The notes: a model not told the origin generated them from the letters alone. A DNA stretch of 62,172 nucleotides, filler included, from Squatina squatina (GCA_031763465.1; 4 parts of 4 records of this genome joined end to end with filler, not necessarily neighbours in it); one strand, 5' to 3'. Counted from the whole stretch's first letter, positions 24,734-36,766 are shown. Made by a program: numbers and translations.

Positions 24734-25419
24734 CTGAAAGAAACAAAAATAATGTACTTAATCTCCGAAGAGATTAACCACAGGTCCAAAAAGGTACAAG
24801 ATTTAGAATTTCTCTTCCTCACCCCCCCTTCTAAAAAAGTTAACCAACCAAGTACAAGTTTCAGTAACATTTCAAGTGATGTTGAATCCTGGTTAGCTTC
24901 ATTCATAGACATTCCCACTGTCCCAGTAGAGAAAGAAGTCTAATATTCCACAGAATACTTCATCATCCCTGTTTATAATCTATCCTGCCACATCCAATCC
25001 CCTTCAAGTGGTAGCTCTATATTATCTGATATCAGCAGGTCAGACAGCATTGTGGAGAGAGAAACAGTTAACCAGTTCTGACANNNNNNNNNNNNNNNNN
25101 NNNNNNNNNNNNNNNNNNNNNNNNNNNNNNNNNNNNNNNNNNNNNNNNNNNNNNNNNNNNNNNNNNNNNNNNNNNNNNNNNNNCTCCTGTTCTGTAAAAG
25201 TCTGTGATTCTAAGCATTGGAGAGTGAGCATTTCTGGGAATCTTGGTGACAATGGCTCAGAAATGACGCCTCCTTGGTTGAATAGGCAAGGAGACTTGCT
25301 GTCTGAGAACGGCTCTACTTGGGCGAGGACAGAGTTGAACAGGACCTCCAGCAGAAGAAGGAGAGGAACGGAAAGTAAAAGCGCTCGTTAAGAGCAAGGA
25401 TAGGCTTGGTCGTCTGTGT

Positions 25420-25634
25420 GGGTTGCCAACTCTGGCTGGACGTATTCCTGGAGATTTCAACACATGACCTCCAACCTCCCTGCCTGGACAAACAGCCAGT
25501 GTCCCCCGCCCCCTAAAAATGAACCAATAAAATGATTTTTTATATTAACGCCCTCTATGATTTTTCTCTCGGGTTTTTTGCTCACGATTTAATTCCTGGA
25601 AGCTCCAGGGCAATCCTGGAGGGTTTGCAGCCCC
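25420..25634. mobile_element. MITE with hAT (Blackjack-like) termini
   Basis: Imperfect terminal inverted repeats GGGTTGCCAACTC ... GGGTTTGCAGCCC, with repeated internal CCTGGA/TCCAGG motifs. Confidence 0.6.
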
Positions 25635-26791
25635 TTTAGGGGTGACCGACAGACTCTAAGCAGGAATAGAACAGGGAAGGAGCTGAGCGACATCCACCAA
25701 AGTAACTTGTAAGGTTGTTTGTTCTTTGAATTTACAACAGTTTGAAACGCGACCTGTGTGGCCCCTTACACAGTTTGCAAAATCTGTACGCAAAGGAACT
25801 TGGGTCAGAGTGAATTAGACCACGACGGGAGTTTCCTCGCACTTTCACTATCAAAAACAGTGATTTATTTCCGTATGTTATACATGTCTTGGAAACGTTT
25901 CATATTCGATCACAATATGCTATGTACAATATACATCACACACACAAAAAATGCTGACTATGCTGTAGATTGTTAAATGTAGATAAAATCTCAGTGTAAT
26001 GTTTTATTTCTTAGCAATTCCTCCTATAAATGGAATATCGTTCCCCCCCACCCCCCACACAATGACCTAGGTTGATTTCCAACCCCCCCCACCCCCCGTT
26101 TATTATTAATGTAACTGTAAACAATAGTTGCAGCNNNNNNNNNNNNNNNNNNNNNNNNNNNNNNNNNNNNNNNNNNNNNNNNNNNNNNNNNNNNNNNNNN
26201 NNNNNNNNNNNNNNNNNNNNNNNNNNNNNNNNNNNNNNNNNNNNNNNNNNNNNNNNNNNNNNNNNNNNNNNNNNNNNNNNNNNNNNNNNNNNNNNNNNNN
26301 NNNNNNNNNNNNNNNNNNNNNNNNNNNNNNNNNNNNNNNNNNNNNNNNNNNNNNNNNNNNNNNNNNNNNNNNNNNNNNNNNNNNNNNNNNNNNNNNNNNN
26401 NNNNNNNNNNNNNNNNNNNNNNNNNNNNNNNNNNNNNNNNNNNNNNNNNNNNNNNNNNNNNNNNNNNNNNNNNNNNNNNNNNNNNNNNNNNNNNNNNNNN
26501 NNNNNNNNNNNNNNNNNNNNNNNNNNNNNNNNNNNNNNNNNNNNNNNNNNNNNNNNNNNNNNNNNNNNNNNNNNNNNNNNNNNNNNNNNNNNNNNNNNNN
26601 NNNNNNNNNNNNNNNNNNNNNNNNNNNNNNNNNNNNNNNNNNNNNNNNNNNNNNNNNNNNNNNNNNNNNNNNNNNNNNNNNNNNNNNNNNNNNNNNNNNN
26701 NNNNNNNNNNNNNNNNNNNNNNNNNNNNNNNNNNNNNNNNNNNNNNNNNNNNNNNNNNNNNNNNNNNNNNNNNNNNNNNNNNNNNNNNNNN

Positions 26792-26880
26792 GGAGGAGTC
26801 CCACATTTTGGAGGGGAGACTGAGGGAGGGGAGGAGTCTCACATTTTGGAGGGGAGACTGAGGGAGGGGAGGAATTCCAC
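26792..26880. repeat. 38-bp tandem repeat (about 2.3 copies) abutting a 657-N gap
   Basis: GGAGGAGTCYCACATTTTGGAGGGGAGACTGAGGGAGG starting at 26792, 26830 and 26868. Confidence 0.85.
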
Positions 26881-27867
26881 ACTCAGAGATCCTGAGAAAG
26901 AGTCAGTCAGACTAGGGGAATGAGTCTTGACATCAATAGGTTGACAATACATGGATGAGGAACAGTGCAGTATGGGGCTATTGGAGTTCAGGAGAAACAA
27001 GAGAAGGAGGTTGAAAGGAGAAATCACTGTTGTATTATTGAGGAGAGAAAAGGTGAGTCACACTGCGGTTTTGCCAGTGAATGAAAACCTTTTTAACAGC
27101 AATCCCATGCTTAAAAGTTATAATTAACAGCAAGCTATTCCACAGTAGCATTTCCAGTTAATACGTAGAGGTATGTGACAACAATGATTCGGATATCATT
27201 AAATAAATCAGCAGCAAGTCACTGATCAAACTCAAAACAGCTGACCATCAGGGGTTGTGTAAAAATTCATTCATAAAATTACTGAAAGGCCAAAGTGTGA
27301 ACATCCCAATGGAACTGTGCTCTGCGAATGGACTTAGGTGAAACAAATGGAAGGCTCGAGGTGGCCAGCCACTGACCAGGGCCAAAATATTACTGAGGTT
27401 TCAATCAACCCAACAATATGTGAGGAAAAATTAGGTGGGGTTGAGGGTTATGGGGAGAAGGTGGGTCGGCGGTGTTATGGAATGGGGAGAAGATGTAGGA
27501 TGAGGGATAAGGTGGGTAGATGAGACCAAGGGATAACGTGGTTGGTTTATCAGTAAAGGGTGGTGATTCTTGGACCTAATGGCCTTCTCATGTTCTTTTC
27601 CTCATCTCTCCTCTTGCTCCCTCGGGATAAATTTCACAGCCCATAATTGAGTCCTTTGTCGTTCCAGAGCCATGCGTGAAAAGAAATTGAGCAAATTGAG
27701 GAATGTTTGTATTCTGCTAATGAACAGTGCTCATTAACTCGGCAGATTGCTGTTGACATTCAGTCACTCTGCTCCCTGCTGAGCAAGGGAACGATACCTG
27801 CTAACCACGACAGACCTGAACTGGATCTTTCAGTTCCCAGCTATCCCCGTGTTAAAGAACCAAAGAA

Positions 27868-28285
27868 AGACTTGCATTTCTATAGCACCTGTCACAACCA
27901 CCAGACGTCTCAAAATGCTTTGCAGCCAATGAAGTACTTTTGGAGCAAAAGCAAAATACTGCGGATGCTGGAATCTAGAATATAGACAAAAAGTGTTGGA
28001 AAAACTCAGCAGGTCAGGCAGCATCAGAACTGGCGAAGGGTCATCGACCTGAAACGTTAACTCAGTTTCTCTCCCGGCAGATGCTGCCTGACCTGTTGAG
28101 TTTCCAGCATTTTTTGCTTATGTACTTTTGGAGTGTAGTCACTGTTGTAATGTAGGAAATGCGGCAGCCAATTTGTTCACAGCAAGTTCCCACAAACAAC
28201 AATGTGATAATGACCAGATAATCTGTTTCAGTGACATTGATTGAGGGAACAATATTGGTAGGAACACTGGGGATAATTCCCATGC
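27868..28285 (-). mobile_element. DeuSINE 3' half containing a nested Penelope-derived insertion (27946-28121)
   Basis: SINE body matches 208-625. The insert is flanked by a perfect direct repeat GTACTTTTGGAG (27934-27945 and 28122-28133). Confidence 0.85.
28030..28063 (+). ncRNA. Minimal type I hammerhead ribozyme motif (Penelope-type), core variant
   Basis: CTGGCGA-A-GGGTC-ATC-GACCT-GAAA-CG-TTA: CUGANGA box with A6>G, stem II, GAAA box and the palindromic AACGTT. Confidence 0.6.
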
Positions 28286-28385
28286 NNNNNNNNNNNNNNN
28301 NNNNNNNNNNNNNNNNNNNNNNNNNNNNNNNNNNNNNNNNNNNNNNNNNNNNNNNNNNNNNNNNNNNNNNNNNNNNNNNNNNNNN

Positions 28386-28907
28386 GAGGGAGCGCCACAC
28401 TGTTGGTGGGGCAGTACTGAGGGAGCGCCGCATTGTTGGAGGGGCAGTACTGAGGGAGCGCCGCACTGTTGGAGGGGCCGTGCTGAGGGAGCGCCGCACT
28501 GTCAGAGGGGCAGTATTGAGGGAGCGTTGCACTATCGGAGAGGTCAGGACAGAGGGAGCGCCGCACTGTCGGAGAGTCAGTACTGAAGGAGCACTGCACT
28601 GTCGGAAGGACAATACTGAGGGAGCGCCACACTGTTGGAGCTGCAGTATTGAGGGAGTGCTGCACTGTCGGAGAGGCAGTACTGAAGGCGCGTTGCATGG
28701 TTGGACGGGCAGTATTGAGGGTGCCCTGCATGTCAAAGGTGTAGTACTGAGGGAGCACTGCACTGTCAGAGGGGCAGTTCTGAGGTAGCACTGCACTGTC
28801 AGAGGGGCAGTTCTGAGGGAGCACTGCACTGTCAGAGGGGCAGTATGGCGGGAGCACTGCACTGTCAGAGGGGCAGTTCTGAGGGCGCACTGCACTGTCC
28901 GAGGGGC
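28386..28907. repeat. 33-bp minisatellite (about 16 units)
   Basis: Consensus GAGGGAGCRCYGCACTGTYRGAGGGGCAGTACT fills a whole contig between two gaps. Confidence 0.95.
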
Positions 28908-29007
28908 NNNNNNNNNNNNNNNNNNNNNNNNNNNNNNNNNNNNNNNNNNNNNNNNNNNNNNNNNNNNNNNNNNNNNNNNNNNNNNNNNNNNNNNNNNNNN
29001 NNNNNNN

Positions 29008-29651
29008 AGATACCGAGGGTACGGAGCAAATGTGTTCCCACAAAGATAAAAGGTTGGACTCCCAAATCTAGAGCCCCCTGGATGTCAAGGGGAATACAGG
29101 GTAGGATAAGGCAAAAGAGGGAAGCTTGTCAGATACCGAAAGCTAAATACTGCAGAAAGCCCAGAGGAGTATAGAAAGTGCAGGGTTGAAATTAAAAAGG
29201 AAATTAGGAAAGCAAAGGGAGGGCATGAAAAAATATTGGTAAGTAAAATCAAGGGAAACCCAAAGATGCTTTATAAATACATAAAGAGGGTAACTAAAGA
29301 AAGAGTAGGCCTATTAGAGACCAAAATGTTAACCTGTGCGTGGAGGCGGAAAATGCGGGTATGGTTCTTAATGAATGCATTGCATCTGTCTTCACAAAAG
29401 AGTGGGACGATGCTGAGAGGAGTGTAAAATATTAGATGAGTTCAGCATGGTGAGAGAGGAAGTATTAAGGGTTTTAGCATCTTTGAAAGTAGATAAATCG
29501 CCAGGCCCAGATGAAATGCATCACGGGCTGTTAAGAGATGCAAAGGAGGAAATAGCAGAGGCTCTGACCATCATTTTTCAATCCTCTCTGGCCACAGAAA
29601 TGCTGCTGGAGGACTGGAGGACTGCTAACATTGTACCGTTGTTCAAAAAGG
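29008..29651 (+). mobile_element. CR1 ORF2 fragment (endonuclease-RT linker)
   Basis: APWMS, IKGNPKMLYKYIK, LKVDKSPGPDEMH, AEALTIIFQSSLAT..LEDWRTANIVPLFKK. Confidence 0.92.
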
Positions 29652-29943
29652 NNNNNNNNNNNNNNNNNNNNNNNNNNNNNNNNNNNNNNNNNNNNNNNNN
29701 NNNNNNNNNNNNNNNNNNNNNNNNNNNNNNNNNNNNNNNNNNNNNNNNNNNCTAACTCTGTGTTTCGTGTACAAGGACACCCAAATCTCTCTGAACACCA
29801 ACAATTAATTGTTTCTCACCATTTAAAAAAATGGGGACTGTACCAGAAAATCGTTAAGTATTAGACACAGAGACCTCACGATCAAACAACAGGCAGCAGC
29901 CCCGGCAGTCACAGTTTACCGTGTTTAACCACACTGCCTCTTA

Positions 29944-30090
<147 letters not shown>

Positions 30091-30215
30091 TTAGAAACAA
30101 AACAATCATCCAGGGTTTGCCTTTCAGGGTTGTTGCTGCTCGCTCCCAAGTGCCAAGAAGGGAGAGAAGAATAAATAGAGTAATTATACACCAGAACGTA
30201 CAACATTAACCAATA

Positions 30216-30315
30216 ATAACTGGTGCATTTATATAGCACCTTTAACGTAGTAGAACATCCCAAGGCCCCTCACAGAAGTGTTATCAAACAAAATTTGGCA
30301 CCAAGACACATAGAA
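30216..30315 (-). mobile_element. L2 LINE extreme 3' end
   Basis: TGCATTTATATAGCACCTTTAACGTAG...CCCAAGGC..CTCACAG, matching 10732-10830. Confidence 0.65.
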
Positions 30316-30689
30316 NNNNNNNNNNNNNNNNNNNNNNNNNNNNNNNNNNNNNNNNNNNNNNNNNNNNNNNNNNNNNNNNNNNNNNNNNNNNNNNNNNNNN
30401 NNNNNNNNNNNNNNNTTGATTCCCTTAGTGTTCAAAAATCTCTCGCTCTCAGTCTTGAATGTACTCAACACCTGAACATTCACAGCCCTCTGATGTAGAG
30501 AATTCCAAAGACTTACCACCCTCTGAGTGAAGCAGTTACATAATAGTCAATATGATCTCGATAAGATTTACTGCATGGAAGATGACCAATTGTAAAAGTT
30601 GGCTGTCCACAAACTCACCAGAAAAATATTTGTGAATCAACCAATTGCCAAGTCATACCTGAGATTGATTAATATATGCGTGCATTCAT

Positions 30690-31015
30690 TATCTTTCCAG
30701 TGGCAGAAGGGTCGGTAACAAGAGGACAGAGATTTAAGGGGGTTGGCAAAAGAACCAGGGGAGAGATGAGGAAACATTAATTTTACACAGTGAGTTTTGT
30801 GATCTGGAACGTGCTGTCTGAAAAGGTGATGGATGCAAATTCAACAGTAACATTCAAAAGGGAATTGGATAAATACTTGAAGGAAAAAAAAATTACTGGG
30901 CCATGGGGAAAGAGCAAGTGTGCGGGATTAATTCGATAGCTCTACCATAAGAGACGGCACAGGCACGATGGGCTGAATAACCTCCTTCTCTGCTGTATTA
31001 TTCTGTGATTCTATA
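30690..31015 (+). mobile_element. CR1 3' end
   Basis: TRGQRFK.VGKRTRGEMRK..., FKRELDKYLK, tail GGGCTGAATAACCTCCTTCT...ATTCTGTGATTCTAT. Confidence 0.85.
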
Positions 31016-31249
31016 ATTAAATCAGCATTGGCTTTAAATACAGCAGCCTAGAAATTCCGGCACTGCTGGAAGTAAGGTGGGGCAAGACGTCTAGTCGCAA
31101 TTTTGTTTTGGCACTGACTCCACTGGAAATCATAGGGCCATTTCAATATCCAGAGATGTGCCAGCTGTAGAACTTCACCCTACAAGGTTATATAAACATG
31201 GGGTGAGGGGTGGGGGCGGAGAAATGGAATCTTGTGATTCCCTGACTGA

Positions 31250-32072
31250 AATGGGCAAAGTTGAAGCCCATGGAATAAAAAGAATGGTGGTAACACGGTT
31301 ATATAATTGCCTCAGTGACCCAGGAGTCTTGGGGAACGGTTGTTTTTTGGACTGGAGGAAGGTATACAGTGGCTTTGCCCAGGGGTAGGTGCTAGGACCG
31401 CTGCTTTTCTTGATGTATATTAATGATTTGGACTTATTGTACAGGGCACTATTTCAAAATTTGCAGATGAGACAAAACTTGGAAGTATAGTAAACAGTGA
31501 GGAGGAGAGTGATAGACTTTAAGAGGACATAGACAGGCTGGTGGAATGGGCGAACAACTGGCAGATGAAGTTTAACGCAGAAAAGTGCGAAGTGATACAC
31601 TTTGGTCAGAAGAATGAGGAGAGGAAATATAAACTAAAGGCTACAATTCTAAAGGTGGTGCAGGAATAGAGAGACCTGAGAGTGTATGTACACAAATCAT
31701 TGAAGTGGGTAGGACAGGTTGAGAAAGCAGTTAGAAAAGCTTATGGGATCCTGGGTTTCATNNNNNNNNNNNNNNNNNNNNNNNNNNNNNNNNNNNNNNN
31801 NNNNNNNNNNNNNNNNNNNNNNNNNNNNNNNNNNNNNNNNNNNNNNNNNNNNNNNNNNNNNCCCAGAGAGTGGTGAGAATGTGGAACTCGCTCCCACAGA
31901 GATTGTCGGGACGAATCACAGAGATACATTGAAGGGGGAGCTGGATAAACACATGAGGGAGAAAGGAATAGAAGGATATGTTGATGGGGTGAGATGAAGA
32001 GGGGAGGGAGGAGGAGTGGAGCATCAACACTCGCACGGACCTGTTGGGCCGAATGGCCTGTTTCTGTGCTGT
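31250..32072 (+). mobile_element. CR1 RT domain through 3' end (spans a gap; may be two copies)
   Basis: SG.AQG.VLGPLLFLMYINDLD, ISKFADETKLG, WQMKFNAEKCEVIHFG, then the 3' tail GGGCCGAATGGCCTGTTTCTGTGCTGTA. Confidence 0.9.
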
Positions 32073-32102
32073 AGTCTCGGTGTCGTTCTCTCCGGAGCCT
32101 GA

Positions 32103-32327
<225 letters not shown>

Positions 32328-32473
32328 TGAGTGCGAGCCGTAATGTAACCTGGGCCAGTCCCACGCCTGGAGGNNNNNNNNNNNNNNNNNNNNNNNNNNN
32401 NNNNNNNNNNNNNNNNNNNNNNNNNNNNNNNNNNNNNNNNNNNNNNNNNNNNNNNNNNNNNNNNNNNNNNNNN

Positions 32474-32805
32474 AAAACAGATTAGCTGGTCATTATCGCA
32501 TTGCTGTTTGTGGGAGCTTGCTGTGCGTAAATTGGCTGCGACATTTCCCACATTACAACAGTGACTACACTCCAAAAATACTTAAGCGAAATACTGCGGA
32601 TGCTGGAATCTAGAATACAAACAAAAAGTGCTGGAAAACCTCAGCAGTTCAGACAGCATCTGTGGAGAGAAAAACAGAGTCAACGTTTCGAGTCGATGAC
32701 CCGATGTATGTTTGTTTGTTTGTATTACTTCAAAAATACTTCATTGGCTGTGAAGCGCTTTGGAACATCCTGAGGTCAGGTATTGCGCTGTAGAAATACA
32801 AGCCT
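32474..32805 (+). mobile_element. DeuSINE 3' half with a nested Penelope-derived insertion (about 32584-32730)
   Basis: SINE body interrupted by AAGCGAAATACTGCGGATGCTGG...CAACGTTTCGAGTCGATGACCC. Direct repeat CAAAAATACTT at 32573-32583 and 32731-32741. Confidence 0.8.
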
Positions 32806-33038
32806 TTTCTGTTCCTCCCAAATGTAAATATTGGAATGCACTGTGTTCACTCTTTAGACACCAGTCCACTGACTTCCCCAAGTGCTGATCCTGCAAACCT
32901 AATGTAGACCTACCAGGACTCAACAGGAGTGGCTAGCACGAAGGCCTGTTATAGCCGCCTGTACAGGGCCTGCGGAGAGTATAAACGCACTGTTAGATTT
33001 ACATTTCTCACCGATGATGGGCCTCTCTGGAACTGGAC

Positions 33039-33132
33039 CAGGTGTGTATGTCCCCTCAGGAACCCACACCTCCTCAACAGGTGTGTATGTCCCCTCAGAA
33101 ACATATACCTCCTCAACAGGTGTGTATGTCCT
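33039..33132. repeat. 39-bp tandem repeat (about 2.4 copies)
   Basis: CAGGTGTGTATGTCCCCTCAGRAAC..A.ACCTCCTCAA starting at 33039, 33078 and 33117. Confidence 0.9.
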
Positions 33133-33418
33133 TGACTCTCTGTTTCCCACAACAGGATTTCGGTAATTGGGAAGGGGTCCCCCAACCTATTATTGCATCG
33201 AGGCCCTCTTGGGCCTTGTTATGCCACTGTAAAGTACCGATCCCACAAAAGTGAACCAATCAGAATGCACCCACTTCCAGCCTCTGGCAGTAGACTCTTG
33301 CCCCATATATCAACATCTCTAATGTTCGGCATTAGGTGACATTTGGGTAGTTTCTCCTTTTAATGGTTTGCTGCCTGTCCGAGGTCATGCACTGACTGAC
33401 TGGTCTCCCCATTTCTAG

Positions 33419-33697
<279 letters not shown>

Positions 33698-33778
33698 TGA
33701 TTGCTGTTATATGGGGAAAGGGCAATTTCCATCTCCACAAGAAACCACGAGCCATGGAGATTAGTTGGATGATCAGGT

Positions 33779-34068
33779 GCAACAAAAGCAAAACACTGTG
33801 GATGCTGGAAATCTTGAAGTATAAACAGAAAATGCTGGAAATACTCAGCAGGTCAGGTGGCATCTGTGGAGAGAGAAACAGGATTAGCATTTCAGGTCGA
33901 TGTCCCTTCGTCAGAACTGGGAAAGTGAACAGCTTTTGAGCAAGTGCAGAGCCAGGGCAAAGGGAAGAAGGGAGGTGGAAGGTGGGAGAAAGGGGAAGGT
34001 CCGGAATAGGGTGGAACACGGGAGCGATTATATCCCAAATATGACTTTTAGCAGAATTTGGAATATGA
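33779..34068 (-). mobile_element. Penelope-like element end with hammerhead motif, inserted in a degenerate SINE (about 33627-34141)
   Basis: Same family as 27946-28121. Minus strand reads CTGACGA-A-GGGAC-ATC-GACCT-GAAA-TG-CTA (33914 to 33885). Flanking direct repeat ATGATCAGGT at 33769-33778 and 34069-34078. Confidence 0.7.
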
Positions 34069-34241
34069 ATGATCAGGTCGTCTGTTTTTGGGGGTATTGG
34101 TTGAGGGGGACATGTTGGCCGGGATGCTGGGAGAACATGCTNNNNNNNNNNNNNNNNNNNNNNNNNNNNNNNNNNNNNNNNNNNNNNNNNNNNNNNNNNN
34201 NNNNNNNNNNNNNNNNNNNNNNNNNNNNNNNNNNNNNNNNN

Positions 34242-34696
<455 letters not shown>

Positions 34697-35321
34697 AAGT
34701 AACAGTGGCCCCCGACCTAACCTCAGTTCAGCCTGAGATCCAACGGCAGAACCGGGTTGAAGTGTCGTTGCGGAGCATGCTCCGGTTTTGGTTTTGGTAA
34801 ACTGTAATATCTGCATCCACTGGTGATCCTAATCCTCGGCTACGGGTCAGATGGGTTTCTGCCCCTGCCTCTCCTCGTCACTTTATTTCAACTGAGCCAT
34901 TTAGAAACTATTTTGATTTAGTCTTGAGTATTGCAGCCAGTTCAAAAATTAAGCTGCCTTTTTGGAGGTCACTTGGAAATGAAGTTAATTTGACTGATGG
35001 GAGGGTTCAGGTGAGTGCAACTGAGCTAACCATGTTTTTATTGGTCATTCCCGCTTGCCCTCGGGTGGTTAGTGCTGTGTTCTTGTAAACTGATGCTCCC
35101 TGGACACCAGACCCCAGCCAGCTGTCGTATCGAAGCTCCTTGCCAAGCACTAGTTACAGTGCGATGGGGAATCCCAGAGGGTTTCAACAGTGCTGTTGGA
35201 AACAATGAGCATCTCACCGCAGGAATGGAATGTTGAGCTCATCCTGCCTTGTCATTTCACAAACCATCTCCTTAGAAACCTCAGATTCTTTGTACGGTTG
35301 GAGAGAAGCGTCCCAGAGTCT

Positions 35322-35527
35322 AAACTTGCATTTCTACAGTGCCTTTCAGATCCTCAGGACGTCCCAACGTGATTTGCAGCCGAGAAAGTAGTCATGAAGT
35401 GTAGTCACTGTAGTAATGTAACGAACGCTGCAGCCAATTTGCACACAGCAAGCTCCCACAAAGAACAATAAAATGAAATAAGCGACCAGATCATCTGTTT
35501 TAGAGATGCTAGTTGAGGGATAAATGT
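35322..35527 (-). mobile_element. DeuSINE 3' half
   Basis: AAACTTGCATTTCTACAGTGCCTTTC...GTGTAGTCACTG...GCAGCCAATTTGCACACAGCAAGCTCCCAC, matching 208-380. Confidence 0.85.
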
Positions 35528-35924
35528 NNNNNNNNNNNNNNNNNNNNNNNNNNNNNNNNNNNNNNNNNNNNNNNNNNNNNNNNNNNNNNNNNNNNNNNNN
35601 NNNNNNNNNNNNNNNNNNNNNNNNNNNAGAAATGCAAACCCTGGACGACTTGCCCAGTTTGGTTCAACTATTTACTGAATCCCTGGGAGTCCCACCAGTA
35701 CATCGTAAATGCCCTTAGTTCGTGCAATTAATGTCCAGATCCTTTGTTCTTTCATAATCATTAAACTTTTGATATCTTTTGACCATAAACGGTCAATTAT
35801 AGTTTGTGCATGAGAAATGCAGGACAATATTTTGAAGAATAGCAGCGGCGTGCTTATTTTGCATTTATAACCACTTACATTTATATAGCGCTTTTTAATG
35901 TAGATATAAAACTATGCAATTCAG

Positions 35925-36113
35925 ATCCGTTGCCTGCTGCAACAGCGAGGGGAACAGGACAAAAGACTTCAGGCCCTGGAAGAGGAGATGAAGAAGGTTG
36001 AAAGCAAGCTAACTGCAGCAGTGAGAGAGAAAACATCCCTGACATCAAACATTGCTTCCCTGGAAAGACAGCTTGCTGAGCTGCACAAAGCCAATGAGTT
36101 ACTCAAGACCAAG
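35925..36113 (+). CDS. HMMR: HMMR (RHAMM) coiled-coil exon
   Basis: TTCAG| IRCLLQQRGEQDKRLQALEEEMKKVESKLTAAVREKTSLTSNIASLERQLAELHKANELLKTK |GTATTG, 189 nt. Matches HMMR IRVLLQERGAQD...REKTSLSAN...NELLKSK. Not in the ORF track. Confidence 0.9.
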
Positions 36114-36611
36114 GTATTGGTGAATCGCGGCTGTACCCTGCAATCTCATTCTCCCTTGGCCTGTTAGAATTTGGCACCGATTCTACTGTCACTTTTGATA
36201 CTGTAGTGTTAAACTTTCTTGTTGCCATGTATATCTGCATTTGCAGAATTAGGAATGCTCGAGTGTGTTCATTCACTGGGGTCAATTATGCCTTAAGTTT
36301 CGCTGTTGATGTGGCTGAGAAATGTCATGTCTGGTAGTTCCACTAAAGACACTGCAGCAAATTTTAAAGAAGCTCTACGCTGCTCTGCCTATTATAGGTT
36401 TTATGTTTCGGTCGTATCTATCAGTGCAGCAGAATGCTGGAAAAATATTGCCCTATGTTTAAAGCTGAGCTTTTTTTGGCTGCAGTCACAATTGAAACTT
36501 GAGATTCAGTACTGGCCCTGCCCCTTTTTCCTTTTCCAGTTTGCATGACATGAAGCTGTCTTTAATGTTTCAATATTTGCAACCTCAAAGAACTAGGTGA
36601 GCTGTCCAGAG

Positions 36612-36718
36612 TGAGGCCTTCCACAGTGGAATAGGGTGAGGGACCAGTGCAGAATGAGGCCTTCCACAGTGGAGTAGGGTGAGGGACCAGTGCAGAATGA
36701 GGCCTTCCACAGTGGAGT
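36612..36718. repeat. 43-bp tandem repeat (about 2.5 copies)
   Basis: TGAGGCCTTCCACAGTGGARTAGGGTGAGGGACCAGTGCAGAA starting at 36612, 36655 and 36698. Confidence 0.92.
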
Positions 36719-36766
36719 TAGTAAGTTCCTCTAACTGAATGTAGATGGTCAGCAAAGTTTTTTTTT

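Noticed and set aside
26024-26923. ORFs of 231-283 aa
   Set aside because: Almost entirely N-gap (X) residues.
28386-28907. CRISPR-like array
   Set aside because: Units are head-to-tail with no unique spacers, there are no cas genes, and the context is vertebrate.
28062-29043. Long ORFs of 277, 271 and 185 aa with Cys/Pro/Arg repeats
   Set aside because: They are translations of the 33-bp minisatellite plus N gaps, open on both strands, with no protein family signature.
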